64,000 nt of DNA from Lama guanicoe (taxonomy: Eukaryota): contig MU053376.1 of NCBI GenBank assembly GCA_013239625.1, positions 768,833 to 832,832 of the forward strand. Direction: 5' to 3'. The translations under genes and the position numbers were made by a program. The notes under the pieces were generated by a model, which was not told the origin of the DNA, searched no databases, and was given only the letters and a program-made list of their open reading frames with translations. The stretch's first letter is position 1; the number at the start of each line of letters is the position of its first letter. Positions 63,445 to 64,000 of the stretch are shown in pieces.

Positions 63445-64000
63445 TTCAGTCATTCATTTGCTCATTTTTCACCCATCAGTCACATAGTTTTGAGTGCCTG
63501 CTGTTTTAGGCACTGTGTTAGAGTCTAGGAATAAACAAGGGAAAAGTCACCTTCCCTTACAGTACCTCCCCTTTTATAGGGGGTACAGATGAGTGGCTTT
63601 TGGAGTGAATACAAAGTGACAAATGCTATAATGGGGGGACGTGAATGATGTTCAGGAGCACAGATAAGGAGGTATATAAGTCACACTTGGCATACCCTAA
63701 TGAGAGAGGGCAGATTCAAAGAGTGTTCTAGACAGAAGTTAATCTGTGCAGAAGTCAGTCAGCACAGTAGAGCATTATGCACTGAGACCTGGTAGAAGAC
63801 CTGTGTTGGCAGGAACACAGAATGGGAGGAGGAGGGTGATAATAAGTGACCTTGCAGATGGGACTGTATCACACAGGGCATGAACTTTGGCTTCAACTTT
63901 TGGGCAGCAGTGAGCAAGTGTGTTTGACTAGGAGAGTGGCGTATTTATATGAGCATTTGAGAAATTAATTTATATGGAATCACATAGACCCAGAATTGCC
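63445..64000 (-). mobile_element. L2 3' end (antisense)
   Basis: TCATTCATTTGCTC...TTGAGTGCCTGCTGTTTTAGGCACTGTGTTAGAGTCTAGG. Confidence 0.7.

Noticed and set aside
1..64000. CRISPR arrays, operons, viral or mitochondrial inserts, processed pseudogenes
   Set aside because: I saw no regularly spaced repeat-spacer structure, no prokaryote-like gene density, and no recognisable viral, mitochondrial or mRNA-derived coding segment.

Overview
Mammalian nuclear DNA, very probably camelid (camel/alpaca/llama). That call rests on four copies of a tRNA-derived SINE (core GGAGGTACTGGGGATTGAACCCAGG) and repeated young L1 3' ends. Much of the window is interspersed repeat: young L1/SINE with target-site duplications (TSDs), old L1M, L2, MIR, MLT1/LTR16 LTRs, and MER5/MER33/MER58 hAT elements. 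I recognise no host protein-coding exon. The only ORFs I can assign are decayed L1 and L2 ORF2 fragments; the rest look like chance ORFs in GC-rich DNA. The L1/SINE copies are strongly biased to the minus strand, which suggests one long intron of a plus-strand gene that I cannot name. I found no convincing new biological system. The best leads are plus-strand splicing and promoter signals in unique sequence: a 9-nt microexon candidate (62858-62866), a recursive-splice-site-like AG|GTGAGT (1757-1764), a 36/39-nt NAGNAG exon candidate (16468/16471-16506), and a candidate alternative first exon encoding MSSGSD behind RFX/ETS/E-box motifs (53773-54035). All are motif-level predictions that need RNA-seq and conservation checks. 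Repeat boundaries and subfamily names were judged by eye and are approximate.
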